Both the position numbers and the translations under genes were made by a program. The notes below the pieces were generated by a model. It made no database searches, was not told the origin of the DNA, and saw nothing but the letters and a program-made list of their open reading frames with translations. Source: Eledone cirrhosa (lineage: Eukaryota). From it: 64,000 nt of DNA. The stretch lies in contig OZ024752.1 in assembly GCA_964016885.1 (NCBI GenBank), positions 18,600,001 to 18,664,000 on the forward strand. Reading direction: 5' to 3'. Below, one piece after another: positions 52,165 through 64,000 of this stretch (position 1 is its first letter; each line of letters starts with the position of its first letter).

Positions 52165-52520
52165 TCTATGGAAAATAAATTGAGTGAGAAGAAGATTAAG
52201 CCTTTAGCATTTAAACCGGCTGTATCTAGCCAGAATTCTCTCACCTCTTTCTTTCAAACTGGCCATAACCAGCCACTCATGCTTATGTTAAGGTATTGTT
52301 CTCAAAATAAATAATATTAAAATCTCATAGATTCAATATTATGTGAGGTAAAGTCTTTACTGTGAAAATACAATAATAAATATAGAGTAATGTAAATGCT
52401 ATAGGGTTAAATGTGACATGCAGTTTAAAAGGATTAATATTCCTGATGAGATGCCAAAGGATAGAAGAGAGAAGCCATATGACTGATATCTGTAAAAAGT
52501 CATTCTCATGAAAGATACTA
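52165..52520 (+). pseudogene. C2H2 ZF paralog 5' fragment interrupted by a MITE
   Basis: GAAAATAAATTGAGTGAG..GATTAA[MITE]ATGTGA..ATTAATATTCCTGATGAGATGCCAAAG..GAGAAGCCATAT aligns to 48017-48150. Confidence 0.85.
52200..52406. mobile_element. piggyBac-like TTAA MITE
   Basis: TIR (G)CCTTTAGCATTT / AAATGCTATAGGG; TTAA TSD at 52196-52199 and 52407-52410; single TTAA at the homologous site of the intact gene. Confidence 0.85.
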
Positions 52521-52539
52521 GTTTATTTTAAAGAGTTTA

Positions 52540-52590
52540 TCATCATCATCATCATCATCATCATCATTTTACGTCTGCTTTTCCCTGCTT
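52540..52590 (-). mobile_element. RTE or SINE A 3'-tail fragment with (CAT)n
   Basis: (CAT)n TTTACGTCTGCTTTTCCCTGCTTG. Confidence 0.75.
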
Positions 52591-52707
52591 GATTAAAAAA
52601 GAACTCATTATAATTGTATGTAAGAACCTTCGTTAGGTTATGTTCCAAACACCATCTACTTTGTGATTCTCTCATTGATATTGATATGTACGGGGAAATC
52701 TGTTTTA

Positions 52708-52897
52708 CGGGGCGGCGAATTGAGTCATCAGAACATGGGAAAGAATGCTGTGTAATAATCATTCAACATAGTTATGTCCCTTTATGGTTTCAGTTCAAAT
52801 CCCGCCGAGATTAACTTTGCCTTTCATCCTTACGGGGTCGATAAAATAAAGTACCAGTAATTGCTGGTCTTGTGCCAAAAAGTAGAAACAATTATTA
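52708..52897 (+). mobile_element. SINE family B copy
   Basis: GTTCAAATCCCGCCGAG..GCCTTTCATCCTTACGGGGTCGATAAAATAAAGTACCAG; reverse homolog of 43978-44152. Confidence 0.85.
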
Positions 52898-53123
52898 TAT
52901 GTATTTCAAATAAACCTCTTAAATATCGCAGGCTGGAAAATATAAAATATTGTTAAGCATTTAGAAAGAACCTTTGTTTAGTTATGTTTCAAACACTCTT
53001 AATAATGAGAAATTTATTTATATTACTAAATCCCTTCAAATTCTTGATTATTTTCGAAATGAGTTGAAAATTATTGGCTGTTTTTAATGAGAAATATGAT
53101 AAGGAAAAAGCTAAATATCTTAA

Positions 53124-53311
53124 CCCTTTAGCATTTACATTTCTATATATTTACTATTATACTTTTATGGTAAAGGCTTTATCTCACATAATATCGAATC
53201 TATGAGATTTTCATATTATTTATTTTGAGAAAAATACCTTAACATCAGTATGAGCGGCTGGTTTAAATAGAAAGAGGTGAGAGAATTATGGCCGGTTTAA
53301 ATGCTAAAAGG
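53124..53311. mobile_element. piggyBac-like TTAA MITE, inverted copy of 52200-52406
   Basis: TTAA-CCCTTTAGCATTT...AAATGCTAAAAGG-TTAA. Confidence 0.85.
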
Positions 53312-53371
53312 TTAATGTGTTACATAATGCGGGGTTTACTTTCTTATTTTGCAAAATATATATATATACAC

Positions 53372-55095
53372 ATAGAAACTTGGTGGTGGAACAGTAAGGT
53401 GGAGGAGTCAATTAAGGTCAAAAAGCAGGCTTAGAAAGTATGGGGGAAGTGGAAAACACTATCAAGTGGCTAGGAGACAAGTGTACTTTGTAAGAAGGGA
53501 AGCAGAGGAAAGAAAGTTCTAGCATGTTCTACAACGTGAGGTGTTCAGGATTGCTAGGCAATGTGTCAAGGAAAACTGAGATATTGTCGGCGAGAAGTGT
53601 GTCCATAATGATGATGGTATACTTGCCATCACTGATACTGATAAGAAGGTAGCTTGGAAGTGTCACTACAAGAGGCTACTAAATGAGAATAAATGGGACA
53701 ACGATAGTCTGCCCCACATCAATCCAATAGAGGGACCAGCAATGCAAGTTGAAGGTAGTATAATAAGTAAGGCAATCAAAGATATGAAGACAGGCAAGGC
53801 AGCTGGGCCTTCGGATATAGTTGCTGAAATGCCGAAAGCATCAGGAACGGTGGGACACACTATGGTCACCCGGATAGTAAACCAAGTCATACAGAACGGG
53901 GTCATACCAAATGACTGGCATAGCAGCATCATCATCATTAATTACTACAAGGGTAAAGGAGATGCACTAGATAGAGGAAACTATAGAGGCATTAAATTAA
54001 TTGACCAGGTCATGAAGGTCACAGAAAGAGTTATAGCGCAACTAATCAGAGAGCGAATTGATCTAGACAAAATGCAGTTTGGGTTTGTATCAGGTAAAAG
54101 TACCACAGACGCCCTTTTCCTTGTACGACAACTACAGGAGAAGTACCTAGCTAAAAGTAAACCCCTATACTTAGCTTTTGTTGACTTGGAGAAAGCATTT
54201 GACAGAGTCCCCCGTGCCATTATCTCTTGGGCCCTTAGAAAGCTAGGTGTAGATGAATGGCATGTGAGAACTATACAAGCCATGTATAAAGATACAGTCA
54301 GCAATGTTAGAATTAAAAATGAATATAGTGAAGAATTTAGCGTAAAAGTTGGTGTCCATCAGGGCTCTGTCCTTAGCTCCCTCCTATTTATTATTGCCCT
54401 TGAGGCTATAACAGAGGAGTTCAAGACCGGCTGCCCATGGGAACTTCTATATGCAGACGATCTAACGCTCATAGCTGAATCGATGGCTGAACTAGAGAAG
54501 AAATTCCAAACATGGAAGCATGGCCTAAAATCAAAAGGCCTTAAAGTTAACTTGTCTAAGACTAAAGTTCTAGTTTGTAGAAAGGAAAATAGGACACAGG
54601 TCCCCTCTGGGAAATGGCCATGCTCAGTGTGTAGGAAAAGAGTAGGCAGAAATTCCATTTTATGTCCCAAATGCAAAGTATGGGTGCATAAAAGATGTAG
54701 TGGGATCACAGGTAAGCTATCTAAGAATGTAGATTTTATATGTGGCCGGTGCTCAGGTGCAATAATTAGCAAGCACCCACAGGATACTAGCTCGTTCTAT
54801 TGACCTGATGGCTCTATAGAAATAGTGGACACCTTCTGTTACCTGGGTGACAAAATCAGCAGTGGTGGAGGGTGCTCAGAAAGTACAGTAGCCAGAGTCA
54901 GAACGGGATGGAAAAAGTTCAGAGAGCTTATACCACTATTGGCCGCTAAAAGTTTCTCTCTAAAAATGAAAGGCAGACTGTATGATGCCTGCATACGAAC
55001 AGCAATGTTACATGGCAGTGAGACATGGGCATTGTGTGCAGAGGATCTGCGCAGACTGGAGAGGAACGAAGCATGCTTGCTCTGCTGGATGTGCT
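53372..55095 (+). mobile_element. RTE-clade LINE internal fragment (copy C, divergent subfamily)
   Basis: 353-aa ORF with RT motifs (QFGF, DLEKAFD, GVHQGS, YADD), CxxC/HxxC insert and FCYLGD; truncated at both ends. Confidence 0.95.
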
Positions 55096-55466
55096 TCCTG
55101 AAATTTGCCAACATTACACCTAATGTTCCCCCTCCATACACACGCACACATGTATTTCATGACTCATACACTATTCGTTTTCCTGACACTTGTACATTAT
55201 GTTATGTACTATACATGCATCTTTGATGAGTTGTAGTGCACCTGAGCACTGTACACAGTAATTCCATTATTATTATTATTAAACTACCTGCATTGTTAGC
55301 TGTCAAGACAATGCATCCTTCAAAACTTCCATCTTTCCTGAAATTTACCAACACTACACCTGACATTCCCCCTCTACTCACACACGCATGTGTGTGTATA
55401 TCATACACTGTTCGCTTTCCTGCCTTTTGTACATTACTCTATGTACTATACATGCACCTATGATGA
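55096..55466 (+). mobile_element. Two tandem CR1-like LINE 3' ends
   Basis: 55096-55280 ends in (ATT)n; 55281-55466 is a diverged second copy starting with a KLPA-like remnant and ending at the satellite. Confidence 0.6.
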
Positions 55467-58400
55467 ACTGCAAAGTGTTCATGTAGGTGTCATGACAAAA
55501 GATGCCCAGCCGACATCATACAGTAGTCAAGTTTGTGTCACAACAAACAGTGTCCAGCCCACACTGTAGAGTAGTCATGTAGGTGTTATAATAAAAAGTG
55601 TACAGCCCACACTGTAAAGTAGTCATGTAGGTGTTATAATAAAAAGTGGACAGCCCACACTGTAAAGTAGTCATGTAGGTGTTATAATAAAAAGTGGACA
55701 GCCCACACTGTAAAGTAGTCATGTAGGTGTTATAATAAAAAGTGGACAGCCCACACTCTAAAGTAGTCATGTAGGTGTTATAATAAAAAGTGGACAGCCC
55801 ACACTGTAAAGTAGTCATGTAGGTGTTATAATAAAAAGTGGACAGCCCACACTGTAAAGTAGTCATGTAGGTGTTATAATAAAAAGTGGACAGCCCACAC
55901 TGTAAAGTAGTCATGTAGGTGTTATAATAAAAAGTGGACAGCCCACACTGTAAAGTAGTCATGTAGGTGTTATAATAAAAAGTGGACAGCCCACACTGTA
56001 AAGTAGTCATGTAGGTGTTATAATAAAAAGTGGACAGCCCACACAGTAAAGTAGTCATGTAGGTGTTATAGTAAAAAGTGGACAGTCCACACTGTAAAGT
56101 GGTTGTGTAGGTTTTATAATAAAAAGTGGCCAGCCCACACTGTAAAGTAGTCATGTAGGTGTTATAATAAAAAGTGGACAGCCCACACTGTAAAGTGGTC
56201 ATGTAGGTGTTATAATAAAAAGTGGCCAGCCCACACAGTAAAGTAGTCATGTAGGTGTTATAATAAAAAGTGGACAGCCCACACTGTAAAGTAGTCATGT
56301 AGGTGTTATAATAAAAAGTGGATAGCCCACACAGTAAAGTAGTCATGTAGGTGTTATAATAAAAAGTGGACAGCCCACCCTGTAAAGTAGTCATGTAGGT
56401 GTTATAATAAAAAGTGTACAGCCCACACAGTAAAGTAGTCATGTAGGTGTTATAATAAAAAGTGGTCATGTAGGTGTTATAATAAAAAATGGACAGCCCA
56501 CACTGTAAAGTAGTCATGTAGGTGTTATAATAAAAAGTGGACAGCCCACACTGTAAAGTAGTCATGTAGGTGTTATAATAAAAAGTAGACAGCCCACACT
56601 GTAAAGTAGTCATGTAGGTGTTATAATAAAAAGTGGACAGCCCACACTGTAAAGTAGTCATGTAGGTGTTATAATAAAAAGTGGACAGCCCACACTGTAA
56701 AGTAGTCATGTAGGTGTTATAATAAAAAGTGGACAGCCCACACTGTAAAGTAGTCATGTAGGTGTTATAATAAAAAGTAGACAGCCCACACTTTAAAGTA
56801 GTCATATAGGTGTTATAATAAAAAGTGGACAGCCCACACTGTAAAGTAGTCATGTAGGTGTTATAATAAAAAGTGGACAGCCCACACTGTAAAGTAGTCA
56901 TGTAGGTGTTATAATAAAAAGTGTACAGTCCACACTGTAAAGTGGTCATGTAGGTGTTATAATAAAAAGTGGACAGCCCACACTGTAAAGTGGTCATGTA
57001 GGTGTTATAATAAAAAGTGTACAGTCCACACTGTAAAGTGGTCATGTAGGTGTTATAATAAAATGTGGACAGCCCACACTAAAGTAGTCATGTAGGTGTT
57101 ATAATAAAAAGTGGACAGCCCACACTGTAAAGTAGTCATGTAGGTGTTATAATAAAAAGTGGACAGCCCACACTGTAAAGTGGTTGTGTAGGTGTTATAA
57201 TAAAAAGTGGACAGCCCACACTGTAAAGTGGTCATGTAGGTGTTATAATAAAAAGTGGATAGCCCACACTGTAAAGTGGTTGTGTAGGTGTTATAATAAA
57301 AAGTGGCCAGTCCACACTGTAAAGTAGTCATGTAGGTGTTATAATAAAAAGTGGACAGCCCACATTGTAAAGTGGTTGTGTAGGTGTTATAATAAAAAGT
57401 GGACAGCCCACACTGTAAAGTGGTTATGTAGGTGTTATAATAAAAAGTGGACAGCCCACACTGTAAAGTAGTCATGTAGGTGTTATAATAAAAAGTGGAC
57501 AGCCCACACTGTAAAGTGGTTGTGTAGGTGTTATAATAAAAAGTGGACAGCCCACACTGTAAAGTGGTCATGTAGGTGTTATAATAAAAAGTGGACAGCC
57601 CACACTGTAAAGTAGTCATGTATGTGTTATAATAAAAAGTGGACAGCCCACACTGTAAAGTGGTTGTGTAGGTGTTATAATAAAAAGTGGACAGTCCACA
57701 CTGTAAAGTGGTCATGTAGGTGTTATAATAAAAAGTGGCCAACCCACACTGTAAAGTGGTCATGTAGGTGTTATAATAAAAAGTGGACAGCCCACAGTGT
57801 AAAGTGGTCATGTAGGTGTTATAATAAAAAGTGGACAGCCCACACTGTAAAGTGGTCATGTAGGTGTTATAATAAAAAGTGGCCAACCCACACTGTAAAG
57901 TGGTCATGTAGGTGTTATAATAAAAAGTGGACAGCCCACACAGTAAAGTGGTTATGTAGGTGTTATAATAAAAAGTGGACAGGCCACACTGTAAAGTGGT
58001 CATGTAGGTGTTATAATAAAAAGTGGACAGCCCACACTGTAAAGTGGTCATGTAGGTGTTATAATAAAAAGTGGCCAACCCACACTGTAAAGTGGTCATG
58101 TAGGTGTTATAATAAAAAGTGGACAGCCCACACTGTAAAGTAGTCATGTAGGTGTTATAATAAAAAGTGGACAGCCCACACTGTAAAGTGGTCATGTAGG
58201 TGTTATAATAAAAAGTGGACAGCCCACACTGTAAAGTGGTCATGTAGGTGTTATAATAAAAAGTGGCCAACCCACACTGTAAAGTGGTCATGTAGGTGTT
58301 ATAATAGAAAGTGGATAGCCCACACTGTAAAGTGGTTGTGTAGGTGTTATAATAAAAAGTGGACAGCCCACACTGTAAAGTGGTTGTGTAGGTGTTATAA

Positions 58401-61400
58401 TAAAAAGTGGACAGCCCACACTGTAAAGTGGTCATGTAGGTGTTATAATAAAAAGTGGACAGCCCACACTGTAAAGTAGTCATGTAGGTGTTATAATAAA
58501 AAGTGGACAGCCCACACTGTAAAGTGGTTGTGTAGGTATTATAATAAAAAGTGGACAGCCCACACAGTAAAGTAGTCATGTAGGTGTTATAATAAAAAGT
58601 GGACAGCCCACACAGTAAAGTAGTCATGTAGGTGTTATAATAAAAAGTGGACAGTCCACACTGTAAAGTGGTCATGTAGGTGTTATAATAAAAAGTGCAC
58701 AGTCCACACTGTAAAGTGGTCATGTAGGTGTTATAATAAAAAGTGGACAGCCCACACTGTAAAGTAGTCATGTAGGTGTTATAATAAAAAGTGGACAGTC
58801 CACACTGTAAAGTGGTTGTGTAGGTGTTATAATAAAAAGTGGATAGCCCACACAGTAAAGTAGTCATGTAGGTGTTATAATAAAAAGTGGACAGTCCACA
58901 CTGTAAAGTGGTCATGTAGGTGTTATAATAAAAAGTGGACAGCCCACACTGTAAAGTGGTCATGTAGGTGTTATAATAAAAAGTGGACAGTCCACACTGT
59001 AAAGTGGTTATGTAGGTGTTATAATAAAAAGTGGATAGCCCACACTGTAAAGTGGTCATGTAGGTGTTATAATAAAAAGTGGACAGCCCACACTGTAAAG
59101 TGGTCATGTAGGTGTTATAATAAAAAGTGGACAGTCCACACTGTAAAGTGGTCATGTAGGTGTTATAATAAAAAGTGGACAGCCCACACTGTAAAGTGGT
59201 CATGTAGGTGTTATAATAAAAAGTGGACAGTCCACACTGTAAAGTGGTCATGTAGGTGTTATAATAAAAAGTGGACAGCCCACACTGTAAAGTAGTCATG
59301 TAGGTGTTATAATAAAAAGTGGACAGTCCACACTGTAGAGTTGTTGTGTAGGTGTTATAATAAAAAGTGGACAGCCCACAGTGTAAAGTAGTCATGTAGG
59401 TGTTATAATAAAAAGTGGACAGCCCACACTGTAAAGTGGTCATGTAGGTGTTATAATAAAAACTGGACAGTCCACACTGTAAAGTGGTTGTGTAGGTGTT
59501 ATAATAAAAAGTGGACAGCCCACACTGTAAAGTGGTTGTGTAGGTGTTATAATAAAAAGTGGATAGCCCACACAGTAAAGTAGTTGTGTAGGTGTTATAA
59601 TAAAAAGTGGATAGCCCACACTGTAAAGTGGTCATGTAGGTGTTATAATAAAAAGTGGACAGCCCACACAGTAAAGTAGTCATGTAGGTGTTATAATAAA
59701 AAGTGGATAGCCCACACAGTAAAGTAGTCATGTAGGTGTTATAATAACAAGTGGACAGCCCACACTGTAAAGTAGTCATGTAGGTGTTATAATAGAAAGT
59801 GGATAGCCCACACTGTAAAGTGGTTGTGTAGGTGTTATAATAAAAAGTGGACAGCCCACACTGTAAAGTGGTTGTGTAGGTGTTATAATAAAAAGTGGAC
59901 AGCCCACACTGTAAAGTGGTCATGTAGGTGTTATAATAAAAAGTGGACAGCCCACACTGTAAAGTAGTCATGTAGGTGTTATAATAAAAAGTGGACAGCC
60001 CACACTGTAAAGTGGTTGTGTAGGTATTATAATAAAAAGTGGACAGCCCACACAGTAAAGTAGTCATGTAGGTGTTATAATAAAAAGTGGACAGCCCACA
60101 CAGTAAAGTAGTCATGTAGGTGTTATAATAAAAAGTGGACAGTCCACACTGTAAAGTGGTCATGTAGGTGTTATAATAAAAAGTGCACAGTCCACACTGT
60201 AAAGTGGTCATGTAGGTGTTATAATAAAAAGTGGACAGCCCACACTGTAAAGTAGTCATGTAGGTGTTATAATAAAAAGTGGACAGTCCACACTGTAAAG
60301 TGGTTGTGTAGGTGTTATAATAAAAAGTGGATAGCCCACACAGTAAAGTAGTCATGTAGGTGTTATAATAAAAAGTGGACAGTCCACACTGTAAAGTGGT
60401 CATGTAGGTGTTATAATAAAAAGTGGACAGCCCACACTGTAAAGTGGTCATGTAGGTGTTATAATAAAAAGTGGACAGTCCACACTGTAAAGTGGTTATG
60501 TAGGTGTTATAATAAAAAGTGGATAGCCCACACTGTAAAGTGGTCATGTAGGTGTTATAATAAAAAGTGGACAGCCCACACTGTAAAGTGGTCATGTAGG
60601 TGTTATAATAAAAAGTGGACAGTCCACACTGTAAAGTGGTCATGTAGGTGTTATAATAAAAAGTGGACAGCCCACACTGTAAAGTGGTCATGTAGGTGTT
60701 ATAATAAAAAGTGGACAGTCCACACTGTAAAGTGGTCATGTAGGTGTTATAATAAAAAGTGGACAGCCCACACTGTAAAGTAGTCATGTAGGTGTTATAA
60801 TAAAAAGTGGACAGTCCACACTGTAGAGTTGTTGTGTAGGTGTTATAATAAAAAGTGGACAGCCCACAGTGTAAAGTAGTCATGTAGGTGTTATAATAAA
60901 AAGTGGACAGCCCACACTGTAAAGTGGTCATGTAGGTGTTATAATAAAAACTGGACAGTCCACACTGTAAAGTGGTTGTGTAGGTGTTATAATAAAAAGT
61001 GGACAGCCCACGCTGTAAAGTGGTTGTGTAGGTGTTATAATAAAAAGTGGATAGCCCACACAGTAAAGTAGTTGTGTAGGTGTTATAATAAAAAGTGGAT
61101 AGCCCACACAGTAAAGTGGTCATGTAGGTGTTATAATAAAAAGTGGACAGCCCACACAGTAAAGTAGTCATGTAGGTGTTATAATAAAAAGTGGACAGCC
61201 CACACTGTAAAGTGGTTGTGTAGGTGTTATAATAAAAAGTGGACAGCCCACACTGTAAAGTAGTCATGTAGGTGTTATAATAAAAAGTGGACAGCCCACA
61301 CAGTAAAGTAGTCATGTAGGTGTTATAATAAAAAGTGGACAGTCCACACTGTAGAGTTGTTGTGTAGGTGTTATAATAAAAAGTGGACAGCCCACACTGT

Positions 61401-64000
61401 AAAGTAGTCATGTAGGTGTTATAATAAAAAGTGGACAGCCCACACTGTAAAGTGGTTGTGTAGGTCTTATAATAAAAAGTGGACAGTCCACACTGTAAAG
61501 TGGTCATGTAGGTGTTATAATAAAAAGTGGACAGCCCACACAGTAAAGTGGTTGTGTAGGTGTTATAATAAAAAGTGGACAGCCCACACTGTAAAGTGGT
61601 TGTGTAGGTGTTATAATAAAAATTGGACAGCCCACACTGTAAAGTGGTCATGTAGGTGTTATAATAAAAAGTGGACAGCCCACACTGTAAAGTGGTCATG
61701 TAGGTGTTATACTAAAAAGTGGACAGCCCACACAGTAAAGTAGTCATGTAGGTGTTATAATAAAAAGTGGACAGCCCACACTGTAAAGTGGTCATGTAGG
61801 TGTTATAATAAAAAATGGACAGTCCACACTGTAAAGTGGTCATGTAGGTGTTATAATAAAAAGTGTACAGCCCATACTGTAAAGTGGTTGTGTAGGTGTT
61901 ATAATAAAAAGTGGACAGCCCACAATGTAAAGTAGTCATGTAGGTGTTATAATAAAAAGTGGACAGCCCACACTGGAAAGTTGTTGTGTAGGTGTTATAA
62001 TAAAAAGTGGACGGCCCACAATGTAAAGTAGTCATGTAGGTGTTATAATAAAAAGTGGACAGCCCACACTGTAAAGTGGTCATGTAGGTGTTATAATAAA
62101 AAATGGACAGTCCACACTGTAAAGTGGTCATGTAGGTGTTATAATAAAAAGTGTACAGCCCATACTGTAAAGTGGTTGTGTAGGTGTTATAATAAAAAGT
62201 GGACAGCCCACAATGTAAAGTAGTCATGTAGGTGTTATAATAAAAAGTGGACAGCCCACACTGGAAAGTTGTTGTGTAGGTGTTATAATAAAAAGTGGAC
62301 GGCCCACAATGTAAAGTAGTCATGTAGGTGTTATAATAAAAAGTGGACAGCCCACACTGTAAAGTGGTTGTGTAGGTGTTATAATAAAAAGTGGACAGCC
62401 CACACTGTAAAGTAGTCATGTAGGTGTTATAATAAAAAGTGGACAGCCCACACTGTAAAGTAGTCATGTAGGTGTTATAATAAAAAGTGGACAGTGCACA
62501 CTGTAAAGTAGTCATGTAGGTGTTATAATAAAAAGTGGACAGCCCACACTGTAAAGTAGTCATGTAGGTGTTGTAATAAAAAGTGGACAGCCCACACAGT
62601 AAAGTAGTCATGTAGGTGTTATAATAAAAAAGTGGACAGCCCACACTGTAAAGTGGTCATGTAGGTGTTATAATAAAAAGTGGACAGCCCACACAGTAAA
62701 GTAGTCATGTAGGTGTTATAATAAAAAGTGGACAGCCCACACAGTAAAGTAGTCATGTAGGTGTTATAATAAAAAGTGGACAGCCCACACTGTAAAGTGG
62801 TCATGTAGGTGTTATAATAAAAAGTGGACAGCCCACACTGTAAAGTGCTTGTGTAGGTGTTATAATAAAAAGTGGACAGTCCACACTGTAAAGTGGTCAT
62901 GTAGGTGTTATAATAAAAAGTGGACAGCCCATACAGTAAAGTAGTCATGTAGGTGTTATAATAAAAAGTGGACAGCCCACACTGTAAAGTGGTCATGTAG
63001 GTGTTATAATAAAAAGTGGACAGTCCACACTGTAAAGTGGTCATGTAGGTGTTATAATAAAAAGTGTACAGCCCACACTGTAAAGTGGTCATGTAGGTGT
63101 TATAATAAAAAGTGGATAGCCCACACTGTAAAGTGGTTGTGTAGGTGTTATAATAAAAAGTGGACAGCCCACACTGTAAAGTGCTTGTGTAGGTGTTATA
63201 ATAAAAAGTGGACAGCCCACACTGTAAAGTGGTTGTGTAGGTGTTATAATAAAAAGTGGACAGCCCACACTGTAAAGTGGTTGTGTAGGTGTTATAATAA
63301 AAAGTGGACAATCCACACTGTAAAGTGGTCATGTAGGTGTTATAATAAAAAGTGGACAGCCCACACAGTAAAGTGGTTGTGTAGGTGTTATAATAAAAAG
63401 TGGACAGCCCACACTGTAAAGTGGTTGTGTAGGTGTTATAATAAAAAGTGTACAGTCCACACTGTAAAGTAGTCATGTAGGTGTTATAATAAAAAGTGGA
63501 CAGCCCACACTGTAAAGTAGTCATGTAGGTGTTATAATAAAAAGTGGACAGCCCACACTGTAAAGTGGTTGTGTAGGTGTTATAAGAAAAAGTGGACAGC
63601 CCACACTGTAAAGTGGTCATGTAGGTGTTATAATAAAAAGTGGATAGCCCACACTGTAAAGTGGTTGTGTAGGTGTTATAATAAAAAGTGGCCAGTCCAC
63701 ACTGTAAAGTAGTCATGTAGGTGTTATAATAAAAAGTGGACAGCCCACATTGTAAAGTGGTTGTGTAGGTGTTATAATAAAAAGTGGACAGCCCACACTG
63801 TAAAGTGGTTATGTAGGTGTTATAATAAAAAGTGGACAGCCCACACTGTAAAGTAGTCATGTAGGTGTTATAATAAAAAGTGGACAGCCCACACTGTAAA
63901 GTGGTTGTGTAGGTGTTATAATAAAAAGTGGACAGCCCACACTGTAAAGTGGTCATGTAGGTGTTATAATAAAAAGTGGACAGCCCACATTGTAAAGTGG
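55467..64000. repeat. Satellite array, 48-bp monomer CACTGTAAAGT(A/G)GTCATGTAGGTGTTATAATAAAAAGTGGACAGCCCA, about 177 copies, open at the right window edge
   Basis: Head-to-tail 48-mers; the first two units (55467-55560) are strongly diverged. Confidence 0.99.

Noticed and set aside
55516-63956. Giant Cys/Tyr/Thr repeat protein (TTLQCGLSTFYYNTYM)n, up to 1548 aa
   Set aside because: A 48-bp monomer without a stop in one frame gives long ORFs automatically. The frame is broken at ~57080, ~61712 and ~62630, there is no signal peptide or unique domain, and the monomer traces to a non-coding SINE segment. Only expression or proteomic data would revive it.

Overview
Eukaryotic (animal) repeat-rich DNA, most likely an octopod cephalopod. 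This is an inference from the HTGEKPYHCDICGKSFS-type C2H2 array and the SINE/RTE repertoire. A ~22 kb island (33.2-55.5 kb) lies between two large satellites: a 40/41-bp satellite (1-33.2 kb) and a 48-bp satellite (55.5 kb to the window end). The island holds one intact 16-finger C2H2 zinc-finger gene, a paralogous ZF pseudogene fragment, several decayed RTE and CR1 LINEs, two tRNA-SINE families, TTAA MITEs, a ~2 kb internally deleted Ty3/gypsy-like LTR element (tRNA-Trp PBS, 4-bp TSD) and three (TA)n-anchored fold-back palindromes, one carrying a minimal hammerhead-like motif. The most notable observation is that the 48-bp satellite monomer aligns to a 49-bp segment bounded by CACTG(C/T)AAA direct repeats in the local RTE-partner SINE. 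That segment is itself related to the 5' end of the RTE LINE, and a degenerate short tandem array of it sits at ~50.8 kb, giving an apparent LINE to SINE to satellite series within one window. The long ORFs in both satellites are treated as repeat artefacts. All alignments were made by eye.
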